A stretch of DNA of 64,000 nt from positions 31,644,250 through 31,708,249 of the forward strand of contig NC_134026.1 in assembly GCF_964204645.1 (NCBI RefSeq), read 5' to 3'. Source of the DNA: Tubulanus polymorphus. Taxonomy: Eukaryota > Animalia > Nemertea. The notes beneath the pieces were generated by a model, which was not told the DNA's origin, did no database searches, and was given only the letters and a program-made list of their open reading frames with translations. Made by a program: the position numbers and the translations under genes. This document shows, piece by piece, positions 17,206 through 30,300 of this stretch (positions are counted from its first letter, which is position 1; each line of letters begins with the position of its first letter).

Positions 17206-20200
17206 TCACCGGGATGATGCTGATGATGCAGATGGATCACCGGGATGATGCTGATGATGCTGATATAACTGTTGTAATAATTCAATCAGTCTTGTTATTT
17301 CTACACAATTCTTGTGTAAAGCCGATAGTTCATCTTTATATTGTAATTTCAACGTCATTGAATACATGTTCTTATATAAATCCAATTGACTTTCTTTCTT
17401 TTCACTAAAATAAGACAAACATGAAAACGATTGTATTTACTGCAGCGAACATTGTAATTAGACTAAAACAAATACTCAGAGTCCGTGTTGTAAAGATCTC
17501 ATAAATCCAACATCAAGAATGAAAACAGGCTGAAATATTTCGTTGAGTTACAGGTAGTAGTTCCCCTGAAGATGACTATTAGGATATAGTCGAAACATTG
17601 AATAAACTACACTAGCTCAAGGAATACAGTATTCCTGAAGATGACTATTAGGATATAGTCGAAACATTGAATAAACTACACTAGCTCAAGGAATACAGTA
17701 TTCCTGACGATGACTATTAGGATATAGTCGAAACGTTGAATAAACTACACTAGCTCAAGGAATACAGTATTCCTGAAGATGACTATTAGGATATAGTCTA
17801 AACGTTGAATAAACCACACTAGCTCAAGGAATACAGTATTCCTGAAGATGACTATTAGGATAAAGTCAAATCGTTGAATAAACTACACTAGCTCAAGGAA
17901 TACAGTATTCCTGAAGATGACTATTAGGATATAGTCGAAACGTTGAATAAACCACACTAGCTCAAGGAATCATTTCAGACTCATTTTATTCTTTGTGTGC
18001 AAGGATTTAATATCATCTTTACAACACGGACTCAGAGTGTTTTATCATCAATGGTTATAATGAGGACAACATCAGTATTCCTGAAGATGACTATTATAGG
18101 ATATAGTTGAAATAAAGGTGAAGTTTACAGGAATTTGTACCTTTTTTTCATGATGTTAGAGTTTTTAATCAGTTGTAAAGTGATGAATTGTAGCCGAGAA
18201 TGTAATATTTTACTCAGTTTTCCCGTTTCTATTCGATATCCTTCAAACTCCGTCTGCTCGTCCATCTGTTGTATTATATTCAATAACGGTACGCGACAAT
18301 CCAGCAGATAATAGAGGGCGCTGTTTAACGTCTTGATTTTAGTATTTGCACTAGTTTGACCTGTAATACGACAGTAGATATTAGACTGGTCTGAGATCAG
18401 ATTGATTATAACGGAGACTGATGTTAAATCTTACAGTTCAGTTGATATTCACACATAGCGACCCTCTCGAGTTGAACTCGCAATAATTCACACGGACTTT
18501 CCACTAACAGGAAATACTTGCTACATTTCCCATAATGCCACTCGGCTAACGTGCGTAAATGCCTTCGTTTCTGCTCAGCAACCTACAACAATCGAACTAT
18601 TATTGATCATCGACACTACATTACTACGGTAACTAATATTCGATATATTGATTATTTTTACCTGGTTACGATAAGAATTATGATACAATGAAGCTAGTCT
18701 ATGATGTATTGTTGCCGCTCGATACTGGCACGTCGGTAACCGTGACGACTGCTCGGTAACGTCGCAGTATTTCAACGCTTCGTTCATTAAACACGTTACG
18801 TCTTTCTCGATCTAATAAACACAAACATCGTATTGACATAGGGTGAGGGGAGGGGGCTGAGGTGAGAGGGGGAGGAGTGGGAGGAGGGTGAGGGGAGGGG
18901 GCTGAGGTGAGAGGGGGAGGAGTGGGAGGGGTGAGGGGAGGGGGCTGAGGGGAGAGGGGGGAGGAGTGGGAGTGGGTTCATGATAATACTGACCTCCTCT
19001 TGTGAATACAATGATAAAGGTGCGTAATCCTGTAACATTGTCGCCATGGTGAAGTAAGTACTGGATAATTCCCAGCAGATGGAATCCGTGACGTCTGATT
19101 GTTGCGGAGAATTTAACACCGATAAAGCTCGATGATAATCATCTATAGCCTGTAAAATAGTAACACAACAATTACAGAGTTAAATGGTTACTCGTCAGAG
19201 GCCACAGATCAACAATAGTGTGGAACAGGATTCAGAACTGTGGAACTGGGTTCAGAACTGTGGAACTGGGTTCAGAACTGTGGAACCGGGTTCAGAACTG
19301 TGGAACTGAGTCCAGAACTGTGGAACTGAGTCCAGAACTGTGGAACTGGGTTCAGAACTGTGGAACTGACTCCAGAACTGTGGAACAGGGTTCAGAACTG
19401 TGGAACAGGGTTCAGAACTGTGGAACTGAGTCCAGAACTGTGGAACTGGGTTCAGAACTGTGGAACTGACTCCAGAACTGTGGAACAGGGTTCAGAACTG
19501 TGGAATTTTGATACATTTTCATTACAGAATACATTGAATAAATATCTCTTGAAAAACGGAACCTTTTGATAATTAGATCTTTCTTGTTGTGTGAATTCTC
19601 TAGAAGCAGACGTGATTTCACCGGATGCTTGAGCGAATAATCTCATTAATCTTCCTCTATTACTGTATAATAACGCTATATTCATCTCATCATCGATATT
19701 CTCAAACGCTGAGATTCCACTGTTTAAATTCTCCAGACTCTTGTTAAAACATTCTAACATTTTTTCGTAGTTATTTGAAGACAATTCTATAAATAAACAA
19801 ATGAATTAAGTCAAATAATCACAATTTAATGCTACGAGTGATTTACGCACAGACTATTTTTTACCTTCATGAATATATGAAGCGGTTTGATTCATAAAAT
19901 AAACTCCGAGTTCATTACAAACATTTCCGTAACGTTTATTCAAATTCTTTCTGATCTTCTGCTCCTGTTTGTTGCCCTTGACGATATCTAGCGCTAAGTG
20001 GTAACTACGGCAACTAACTGTTAAATTCTGTTCGATACTGTTTGAATATTGGGCGAACATGAGATATTCTGAAATGGAAATGAATAACAAGAGGTGAAGA
20101 GGGAGAGAGATTAAGGGGGTAGGGGGAGGGGTAATAAAGGGGAGGGTGATAAAGGGGTAGAGAGGGAGTAGAGGGGGTAGTGGTGATAAAGGGGGTAGTG

Positions 20201-23200
20201 GTGATAAAGGGGGTAGTGGGGAAGGGTGTTAATATATTTACCATGATTTGATAAAACATATTTAACGCTATCAATCACGTGTATTTCTGTAGTATGATCA
20301 GTTTTATCATAGTCCGTTCCGTGAGACGCAGAATTCTTCATGTCGTGAACGAGCATCACGTGAATATCAGCTGATTGTCCTAGCAACGCGCTTAGCAACT
20401 CCGTATCTTCATTATAACCAGGTTCTAGAGCGTACATTGCACCTGTAACCAATAGCAACACAACACAATGAGTCATCTGATAACACCTGCGAAAACCATT
20501 CAGCGCGAGTCATGAAATCTAAGATGGCCGCTGGGTCGGGGGTTATACTCACTATAACAATGAAATGCATTACGCGTGTATCTCATAGCGATACCGAATT
20601 TAAATTGTTTGATTTTACAATCGGCTAACCAATAAAATATCAAACACGCTTTATGTAATAGAGACAGTTTGGTCGATTGATGCCACGAGTCGGCAGGAAA
20701 CGTCTGTTCACTGGTTAGTTCATCTTGTTCCTGCTCGGTTTGATAGGTGGCGTTGTTATCGTGTTTAGGTCGGTTTAAACGTTCGTATTTAAGAGGGATC
20801 ACTTCGTTTGGATTGACTTGACGTTGGGGTTGATTTAATCGTTCGCTCTCAGAATTCTCATCCAAACAAACTAAAGCCTGAAATAGAAATAAACTCCCAA
20901 TTCCACAAACACGGTACATCTCTGATGAGTTTAAATTATAAATTCAAATCCACATCGCAATAATTCATATTTCATTCGTTCATTTATATTACGCCATTTA
21001 CGATTGTGTTCTTCTTAAAGATGGAACATTCTTCAGGATAAAACATTTCTGCCATAGCAAAGACAGAAGAATCATAAGTAGAAACTTCTAAACCAAGCGA
21101 TCAAAAGACAAAATTCCTCACAACCTAAAAGGATGTTTGTATTGTGATAGTTGTAACGTATCTCAAACCTGTTTAATATATTCCAACGCCTCCTGACATC
21201 TCTCCTCTATATTACCGGTTACCGGGTGATATCTGAGAACTTGTTGAGTTCGCGGTCCACATTCCGGTAAACATAATACTTTAACGGGCATTTCAGCAGT
21301 AGTTCCAGCGCGGCCACCAGGTGTCGCCTCTGTCGTCTTCGGTGAAACGGCTTTGCTTTTAACCGGAGATTGACGTTTACAAGATTCATTCTTCTACAAT
21401 AATATTAACAGTTATCACTACAGCAATTATTACAATCAGTTTCACAGCTACCTCATTCTCAATCCTTCAACAGCAAATAGCCACAACTAGGACAAGGAAA
21501 TGGGTCCACAACTGTTGAACCGAGTCCAGAAATGTGGAATTAGGTTCAGATGAAATGTGGAACTGGGTTCAGAACTGTAGAACAGGGTTCTGGACTAGAA
21601 CTGGGTTCAGGACTATGACTTTTTCCTCTTACTTTTTCTGCTGTTCTGATTTCATCTTCATCATCATCATCATCAACTTCCTCTTCGTCCTGTTTCTCTA
21701 AACTCTGATCGTACAAATCATCTTTAATGTACAGATCCGCTAATAGATAATTAGCAGACGTAATAATCTAAAAATAAACAATAGTAACATTAGCAACCAC
21801 TAGAGGGAGCTGACAGATTAACAACAAGTACAGGTGCTGCCACCTACCTGAGCGTGAGCAGTTTTATCCAACAGAATAATACAACTTTTCAATAATGTTT
21901 TGATTAATCCAGATTTTTTGCGTCCGGACGCCTGCCATGTATTCTGAGCGACACGGAATAGTAATACACCGAGCGGAACGGAGAATGGGTTCCTCATATC
22001 AGACGCTTCATCTCCGCATAAACACGTTAAATCATACAGTTTCACTACATCCTGATCACTGCCTACAAATATCATATATAAATCACTACATTCAATATCA
22101 GCTGAACTACCAGCAACCCTCTCAACCCCCTATAAACCCCCTCTCAACCCCCTATAAACCAACTACCCGCAGCCCTCTAACACCCAACTACTCAATCCAC
22201 TGCTCTCTCAACCCCCTATAAACCAACTACCAGCAACCCTCTCAACCCCCTATAAACCAACTACCAGCAGCTCTCTCAACCCCCTCGAAACCAACTACCC
22301 GCAGCCCTCTAACACCCAACTACTCAATCCACTGCTCTCTCAACCCCCTATAAACCAACTACCAGCAGCCCTCTCAACCCCCTATAAACCAACTACCAGC
22401 AGCCCTCTCAACCCCCTCGAAACCAACTACCCGCAGCCCTCTAACACCCAACTACTCAATCCACTGCTCTCTAAGCCTATAAATCCTTATATCGCTTACC
22501 TTTAAAAAGCCAATAAGTATGACCCTCTTTAGTCGCATTCGATTTGAGAAATGATAGAATATTCTGAGCGATATCTTTAATAACTTCTGGTTCAAACTGT
22601 GAGTTTTCTAATTTCGGAATATCTTCAGTTTTCATAATCTCGTAACGCTGAAAACAAACAAACCGTGAAATTATATCATTTCTAATCATAAAATCGCAAC
22701 AATGATAACAGTTATACGATACCTGTACGATACCGTTGACGTGGTAACACATGGCTAGTTCGGGCACATTACACATCAGATTATCCAACCAGAAATCTAA
22801 ACCAGTAAGAACATTGATCGGTTTACGTGCGTCCCTGAAATATCAATACCATCTACGTCTTTATTGAGCCTCTATCAGCCTCACTACAGGTGACCTCTCT
22901 ACAGGTGACCTCTCTATAGGTGACCTCTCTACAGGTGACCTCACTACAGGCGACCTCACTACAGGTGACCTCACTACAGGTGACCTCTCTACAGGTGACC
23001 TCACTACAGGTGACTTCACTACAGGTGACCTCACTACAGGTGACTTCACTACAGGTGACCTCACTACAGGTGACCTCACTACAGGTGACTTCACTACAGG
23101 TGACTTCACTACAGGTGACTTCACTACAGGTGACTTCACTACAGGCGACCTCTCTACAGGCGACCTCTCTACAGGTGACCTCACTACAGGCGACCTCACA

Positions 23201-26134
23201 ACAGGCGACCTCACTACAGGTGACCTCACTACAGGTGACTTCACTACAGGTGACTTCACTACAGGTGACTTCACTACAGGTGACTTCACTACAGGTGACT
23301 TCACTACAGGCGACCTCTCTACAGGTGACCTCTCTACAGGTGACCTCACTACAGGTGACTTCACTACAGGTGACTTCACTACAGGTGACTTCACTACAGG
23401 TGACTTCACTACAGGCGACCTCTCTACAGGTGACCTCTCTACAGGTGACCTCACTACAGGTGACTTCACTACAGGTGACTTCACTACAGGTGACTTCACT
23501 ACAGGTGACTTCACTACAGGCGACCTCTCTACAGGTGACCTCTCTACAGGTGACCTCACTACAGGCGACCTCACAACAGGTGACCTCACTACAGGTGACC
23601 TCACTACAGGTGACTTCACTACAGGTGACTTCACTACAGGTGACTTCACTACAGGTGACTTCACTACAGGCGACCTCTCTACAGGTGACCTCTCTACAGG
23701 TGACCTCACTACAGGCGACCTCACAACAGGTGACCTCACTACAGGTGACCTCACTACAGGTGACTTCACTACAGGTGACTTCACTACAGGTGACTTCACT
23801 ACAGGCGACCTCTCTACAGGTGACCTCTCTACAGGTGACCTCACTACAGGCGACCTCACAACAGGTGACCTCTCTCTCCCTCATCATTTCAACCTCTAAT
23901 AAATTACCTAAGTTTAAGACTAACACAAGGATGATTAGAACCACCGAATATCGGTAAGTCAGTTCCAATCCACATTCTTATATCTTCAAACGTCCACAAA
24001 TGAGTTCTTTGAAATTCCTCTGAATGATACGTATCCTGAAAAATAGAAACCATCAATGATTGACAAGTGGTAAACTCCGCCCTGGCTGTAGGTTTACACC
24101 GATAAACCCCGCCTTGATTGATGATAGACAGCACATACCTCAGTATTACATTGTTCCGATGCAGTTTGATTCGCTCCCATAGAACTCGCTGCTGCTGCTG
24201 CTGCTGCTGCTGCTGGTTCAGAACTATCATCATCAGTTTTAGGTCTAGATTCATTTGATGGAAGACTAAAATAAAACAATACATCAATATCCATCAGCTT
24301 GAGAGACCAGGATATAGACCGGGCTGAGACCAGACCTGAACTCACTGTAACTGAGACCAGGCCTCACTGTAACTGAGACCAGGCCTCGCTGTAACTGAGA
24401 CCAGACCTGAACTCACTGTAACTGAGACCAGGCCTCACTGTAACTGAAACCAGGCCTCGCTGTAACTGAGACCAGGCCTCACTGAAATAAATGCACAATT
24501 TACCTGTAGTAGAGGAACTTTGAAAACATGTTTTGATTTTGAAGAAAATCTCGAGTTTTTGTTCGTCTCCCAAAACATTTCTCCTAAAATACAGATTAAG
24601 TATGAGATAGTTTTATAAAATCTCAGATATATCTGATAACATGGTCCTTCCGATATCTCATAAATCTCAGATATATCTGATAACATGTTCTTTTGATATC
24701 TCATAAATCTCAGATATATCTGACAACATGGTTCTTCCGATATCTCATAAATCTCAGATATATCTGATAACATGGTTCTTCCGATATCTCATAAATCTCA
24801 GATATATCTGATAACATGTTCTTTTGATATCTCATAAATCTCAGATATATCTGACAACATGGTTCTTCCGATATTTAATAAATCTCAGATATATCTGATA
24901 ACATGGTTCTTCCGATATCTCATAAATCTCAGATATATCTGATAACATGTTCTTTTGATATCTCATAAATCTCAGATATATCTGATATTTGATACTTACA
25001 CCCTGCATACTCTGTAATACTGTATCGTAATAAAAATTTCGCAACCATTTCCAATCATCCTAGAAATAACGGACACAGAAAATGGAATACTAATTAAAAC
25101 CCGATTCGAACTTCAGGATCACAGTTATTTGTTAAGATAGAGCACTAATAATGAGTTCATCCCGAGTTAAGTCTAGTCACCTAGCCATTGTTCCCAGTAA
25201 CAACGACTGGTATTCAGACTATCCCGGGTTGAGTCTAGTCACCTAGCCACTGTTCCCAGTAACAACGACTGGTATTCAGACTATCCCGGGTTGAGTCTAG
25301 TCACCTAGCCACTGTTCCCAGTAACAACGACTGGTATTCAGACTATCCCGGGTTGAGTCTAGTCACCTAGCCACTGTTCCCAGTAACAACGACTGGTATT
25401 CAGACTATCCCGGGTTGAGTCTAGTCACCTAGCCACTGTTCCCAGTAACAACGACTGGTATTCAGACTATCCCGGGTTGAGTCTAGTCACCTAGCCATTG
25501 TTCCCAGTAACAACGACTGGTATTCAGACTATCCCGGGTTGAGTCTAGTCACCTAGCCACTGTTCCCAGTAACAACGACTGGTATTCAGACTATCCCGGG
25601 TTGAGTCTAGTCACCTAGCCATTGTTCCCAGTAACAACGTCTGGTATTCAGACTATCCCAAGACGAGTTTTACCTTCTGTTGTCTGAGGAGATGTTTATG
25701 AACGTCGAATTCGTCGATAAGAATAGTTTTACCGACTCGATGAACCATCATACTGACGTGTGATTTACTGTACGGTATCTTCAATAACTTCTTTATATTA
25801 TCAGAGTCTGATATCACATCCACCTCGCCGACTTTACCCGGAGATTTATGAGCCATCACTAAACTAAAATAACCGATCAACTGTTAACTGTATCCTAGTA
25901 ACGACGTGGACCGGATTCAGTAACCACGGATACTAACCTCGATATATCAGATCTCTCTTTAGACCAGACGGTATCTCTGATATATTGTTCCCATCGTGAA
26001 CTTCCTCTCAACCAGTTCGACGGAGGTTTATTTAAATTCGTATTCATCTGTAACACGTTAAACTGCGTCGGTTGCCATGGTTTATATTCAACAATAGCCG
26101 TCGTCGATTTCTTCTCCTCGTCCGATTTTGACAT
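17206..26134 (-). CDS. EDRF1: Erythroid differentiation-related factor 1 homolog, multi-exon
   Basis: LNKPPSNWLR, EVDVISDSDNIKKLLKIPYSKSHVSMMVHRVGKTILIDEFD, WTFEDIRMWIGTDLPIFGG...HPCVSLKLR, LTGLDFWLDNLMCNVPELAMCYHVNGIVQ, AQNILSFLKSNATKEGHTYWLFK, YRAATIHHRLASLYH. Start Met uncertain; an upstream exon is possible. Confidence 0.93.
17474..18038. mobile_element. Foldback element with 24-bp near-perfect terminal inverted repeats and ~90-bp imperfect arms, enclosing the hammerhead array
   Basis: Left actcagagtccgtgttgtaaagat; right atctttacaacacggactcagagt (23/24 complementary). Inner arms ...gaaaacaggctgaaatatttcgttgagt / ...ctcaaggaatcatttcagactcattttattc. Confidence 0.8.
17560..17970 (+). ncRNA. 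Six tandem minimal type I hammerhead ribozyme motifs (69-bp period)
   Basis: tattc-CTGAAGA-t-GACTAT-taggat-ATAGTC-GAAA-CGTT-gaata; cores start at 17566, 17635, 17704, 17773, 17842, 17911. A degenerate seventh copy at 18081. Confidence 0.8.
19218..19505. repeat. 20-bp minisatellite matching a MITE terminal repeat
   Basis: (gggttcagaactgtggaact)n; same family in reverse at 57523-57788 and degenerate at 21510-21610. Confidence 0.9.
22085..22475. repeat. Intronic C/A-rich minisatellite
   Basis: Repeated ctctcaaccccctataaaccaactacc. Confidence 0.8.
22878..23877. repeat. 15-bp intronic minisatellite (~66 copies) with higher-order variants
   Basis: (acaggtgacctcact)n fills an EDRF1 intron. Confidence 0.95.
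24615..24985. repeat. ~44-bp intronic tandem repeat
   Basis: Repeated gatatctcataaatctcagatatatctgataacatggttcttcc. Confidence 0.9.
25160..25660. repeat. 62-bp intronic tandem repeat, 8 copies
   Basis: cagactatcccgggttgagtctagtcacctagccactgttcccagtaacaacgactggtatt. Confidence 0.92.
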
Positions 26135-26736
26135 TTTGTTTTCTTCGTCCGTCTGAATTAACAAATTAGTGAGAGTGAGACGGAGCGAGGAGCGCCCTCT
26201 AGCAGCAGCAGTAGCGTACCGATATGTGTGAATTGAGCAGGAGGGATGGATTGAAGGATGATGAGGTAACCGTGTGCTGCTGAGGGCCTGCTGCTGCTGA
26301 GGGCGCTGCTGCTGCTGGGGTGGAGGATGAGGAGGGAGGAGCAGCAAGATGTGACATCATTTACATTACAACCAGTAATTTCGACACTACAGTCTCTCAG
26401 TTGTTAAATACCTTTATTGCTGATGTTACAATCTGTGTTCCTGCCTCATTCATCATTTCATTCATTAAATACAGAACTTACTAGAAATACAATAAATACA
26501 ATTCAATTTAGCTTTATTGTATACTACGTTCAGCAAAATAAATGCAATATACTTTATTGTCAAATTTACTGTATTGTGTCCATTTAATTCAATGAGGTAT
26601 AAAAAATGTTCGAAAAGGCATAAAATCGGAATAATTTGTGTTAGAAGCTGTTTTTGATTGCTTGATAACTTACAAATACTATTTCGCCATCTACTGGAAG
26701 CTTGCTGAACTGACATATATCCGCGTAGTCATTCAG

Positions 26737-27190
26737 CAGGCCAATACTAGGGTTTCTTCGTTTATTTATCAGGCCAACACTACGATTTCTGCGTTTATTT
26801 ACCAGGCCAACACTAGGGTTTCTGCGTTTATTTACCAGGCCAACACTAGGGTTACTGCGTTTATTTACCAGGCCAACACTAGGGTTACTACGTTTATTCA
26901 CCAGGCCAACACTAGGGTTACTACGTTTAATTTACAAGGCCAACACTAGGGTTACTGCGTTTATTTTACCAGGCCAACACTAGGGTTTCTTCGTTTATTT
27001 ACCAGGCCAATACTAGGGTTACTGCGTTTATTCACCAGGCCAACACTAGGGTTTCTGCGTTTATTTACCAGGCCAACACTAGGGTTTCTGCGTTTATTCA
27101 CCAGGCCAACACTAGGGTTACTGTTTAATTTACAAGGCCAACACTAGGGTTACTGCGTTTAATTTACAAGGCCAACACTAGGGTTTCAGC
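26737..27190. repeat. 33-bp tandem repeat between the MIC60 3' end and the EDRF1 5' end
   Basis: (caggccaacactagggttactgcgtttatttac)n. Confidence 0.9.
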
Positions 27191-27377
27191 GTTTAAGACT
27201 ATGCAGACAATTAACTAAAACGATATCAAAGGTTGGCAAATAATTTTATTGTTACTGAAAGCATCTTCCATCAATTATAAATTGATTCTATTTATTTAAC
27301 TAATAATTATCATCAATAGCACAACAAATCATTATTAAATCTAATTGCATTGATTCGGACAATAACGCCACCTATAA

Positions 27378-30300
27378 TTAAACGAGGGAACTAACGCCAT
27401 TAACGCTAGCGTGTCCGATGAGTACGTGAGCCGCTTGTTTCGTTTCTAAATATAGAATCGCTTCTTTTATCCAATCAGCGGCTACATTCCTAGCTTCACC
27501 AGTCAGCTGACTCATAAACCTCACACCCTGCTCTAAATCATTATTGTTTATTGATTTCTCAGCGCTGGCTAACAATGTAAACGTATCCACGGTAACCGGA
27601 TCGATATCGGTATCCGGATCTATCGCTTTTACCGAGTCAATAATAAACAGCGATTGTAAATACGACAACGCGTAACGTACGATAGTCTTATTGTTATCGG
27701 TAACCATGGCGACGCGTTTAGCGATAGTTTTCACTTTACGGAATCGAGCGGTGAGTGTTTCCTCGGTCCACACACCGCGGGTTATAGCGTCGTCAGGGAT
27801 CGAATCCAGTACCGTATTCACAAACTCGTGATTATTCCCCGCCTCGCGAACCGCCATTAACTCATTCCCTAACGGCTTCACTTTCTCATCGGGACTACTA
27901 GCGCCATCTCTACCCAGACGGATTGCGTTTAATAACGTCATACTAGCTAACCACATCTCCGACGCTTTTCGACCCAATTTTTCAGCTTCTGCTCGATCTA
28001 AAAACAACAATTCATCATCAGTCGATTCATTATTGTCTAAACATTAAATATAGGCTTCTCATAAAGCATGTACGTATCGAGGGGAAGGATGAGAGGAGGG
28101 AAGAGGGAGAGAGGAGGGAAGAGGAGGGAAGAGGGAGAGAGGAGGGAAGAGGGAGAGAGGAGGGAAGAGGGAGAGAGGAGGGAAGAGGGAGAGAGGAGAG
28201 AAGAGGGAGAGAGGAGGGAAGAGGGAGAGAGGAGGGAAGAGGAGGGAAGAGGGAGAGAGGAGGGAAGAGGGAGAGAGGAGGGAAGAGGGAGAGAGGAGGG
28301 AAGAGGGAAAGAGGAGAGAAGAGGGAGAGAGGAGAGAAGAGGGAGAGAGGAGGGAAGAGGGAGAGAGGAGAGAAGAGGGAGAGAGGAGGGAAGAGGGAGA
28401 GAGGAGAGAAGAGGGAGAGAGGAGGGAAGAGGGAGAGAGGAGGGAAGAGGGAAAGAGGAGAGAAGAGGGAGAGAGGAGAGAAGAGGGAGAGAGGAGGGAA
28501 GAGGGAGAGAGGGAGAGAAGAGGGAGAGAGGAGGGAAGAGGGAGAGAGGAGGGAAGAGGGAGAGAGGAGGGAAGAGGGAGAGAGGAGGGAAGAGGGAGAG
28601 AGGAGGGAAGAGGGAAAGAGGAGAGAAGAGGAGAGAGGAGGGAAGAGGGAGAGAGGAGGGAAGAGGGAGAGAGGAGAGAAGAGGGAGAGAGGAGAGAAGA
28701 GGGAGAGAGGAGGGAAGAGGGAAAGAGGAGAGAAGAGGGAGAGAGGAGGGAAGAGGGAGAGAGGAGGGAAGAGGGAGAGAGGAGAGAAGAGGGAGAGAGG
28801 AGAGAAGAGGGAGAGAGGAGGGAAGAGGGAGAGAGGAGGGAAGAGGGAGAGAGGAGAGAAGAGGGAGAGAGGAGAGAAGAGGGAGAGAGGAGGGAAGAGG
28901 GAGAGAGGAGAGAAGAGGGAGAGAGGAGGGAAGAGGGAGAGAGGAGAGAAGAGGGAGAGAGGAGAGAAGAGGGAGAGAGGAGGGAAGAGGGAGAGAGGGA
29001 GAGAAGAGGGAGAGAGGAGAGAAGAGGGAGAGAGGAGGGAAGAGGGAAAGAGGAGAGAAGAGGGAGAGAGGAGGGAAGAGGGAGAGAGGAGAGAAGAGGG
29101 AAAGAGGAGAGAAGAGGGAGAGAGGAGAGAAGAGGGAGAGAGGAGGGAAGAGGGAGAGAGGAGAGAAGAGGGAGAGAGGAGAGAAGAGGGAGAGAGGAGG
29201 GAAGAGGGAAAGAGGAGAGAAGAGGGAGAGAGGAGAGAAGAGGGAGAGAGGAGGGAAGAGGGAGAGAGGAGAGAAGAGGGAGAGAGGAGAGAAGAGGGAG
29301 AGAGGAGGGAAGAGGAGAGAGGAGAGAAGAGGGAGAGAGGAGGGAAGAGGGAGAGAGGAGGGAAGAGGGAGAGAGGAGAGAAGAGGGAGAGAGGAGGGAA
29401 GAGGGAGAGAGGAGGGAAGAGGGAAAGAGGAGAGAAGAGGGAGAGAGGAGAGAAGAGGGAGAGAGGAGGGAAGAGGGAGAGAGGAGGGAAGAGGGAGAGA
29501 GGAGAGAAGAGGGAGAGAGGAGAGAAGAGGGAGAGAGGAGGGAAGAGGGAGAGAGGAGAGAAGAGGGAGAGAGGAGGGAAGAGGGAGAGGAGGAGAGAAG
29601 AGGGAGAGAGGAGAGAAGAGGGAGAGAGGAGGGAGAGGGAGAGAGGAGAGAAGAGGGAGAGAGGAGAGAAGAGGGAGAGAGGAGAGAAGAGGGAGAGAGG
29701 AGGGAAGAGGGAGAGAGGAGAGAAGAGGGAGAGAGGAGGGAAGAGGGAGAGAGGAGGGAGAGGGAAAGAGGAGAGAAGAGGGAGAGAGGAGAGAAGAGGG
29801 AGAGAGGAGGGAAGAGGGAGAGAGGAGGGAAGAGGGAGAGAGGAGAGAAGAGGGAGAGAGGAGAGAAGAGGGAGAGAGGAGGGAAGAGGGAGAGAGGAGA
29901 GAAGAGGGAGAGAGGAGGGAAGAGGGAGAGAGGAGAGAAGAGGGAGAGAGGAGAGAAGAGGGAGAGAGGAGGGAAGAGGGAGAGAGGAGAGAAGAGGGAG
30001 AGAGGAGAGAAGAGGGAGAGAGGAGGGAAGAGGGAGAGAGGAGGGAAGAGGGAGATATTGAATTCAACACGTAAACACTATATGAACTGTGAAGCGCCCC
30101 CTAGTGATAAAATCAAACATACTTTCTACAGCAGTTTCAATTCCCTTTAATCTAGCGATTGAACCGGAAACGTCGTTCTGGAATCGAATTCTCTCCTCAA
30201 ACAATCTCTCACGCAGTTTCTCTTCGAATTGTAAATGAAGTTCTTTACGTTGAACCCTCAATACGTCTGCTAAATGGTCGCTATGGGCGGCGGCTTGACG

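Noticed and set aside
20922-20950. CTGATGAG hammerhead-like start
   Set aside because: No GAAA box or helix I/III pairing follows.
22853-23968. Long ORFs of 332-371 aa (EVTCS, RSPVV, VTSLQ repeats)
   Set aside because: Stop-free translations of a 15-bp minisatellite lying wholly inside an EDRF1 intron.
28037-30074. ORFs of 668 and 677 aa
   Set aside because: Artefacts of a pure GA repeat in a MIC60 intron.
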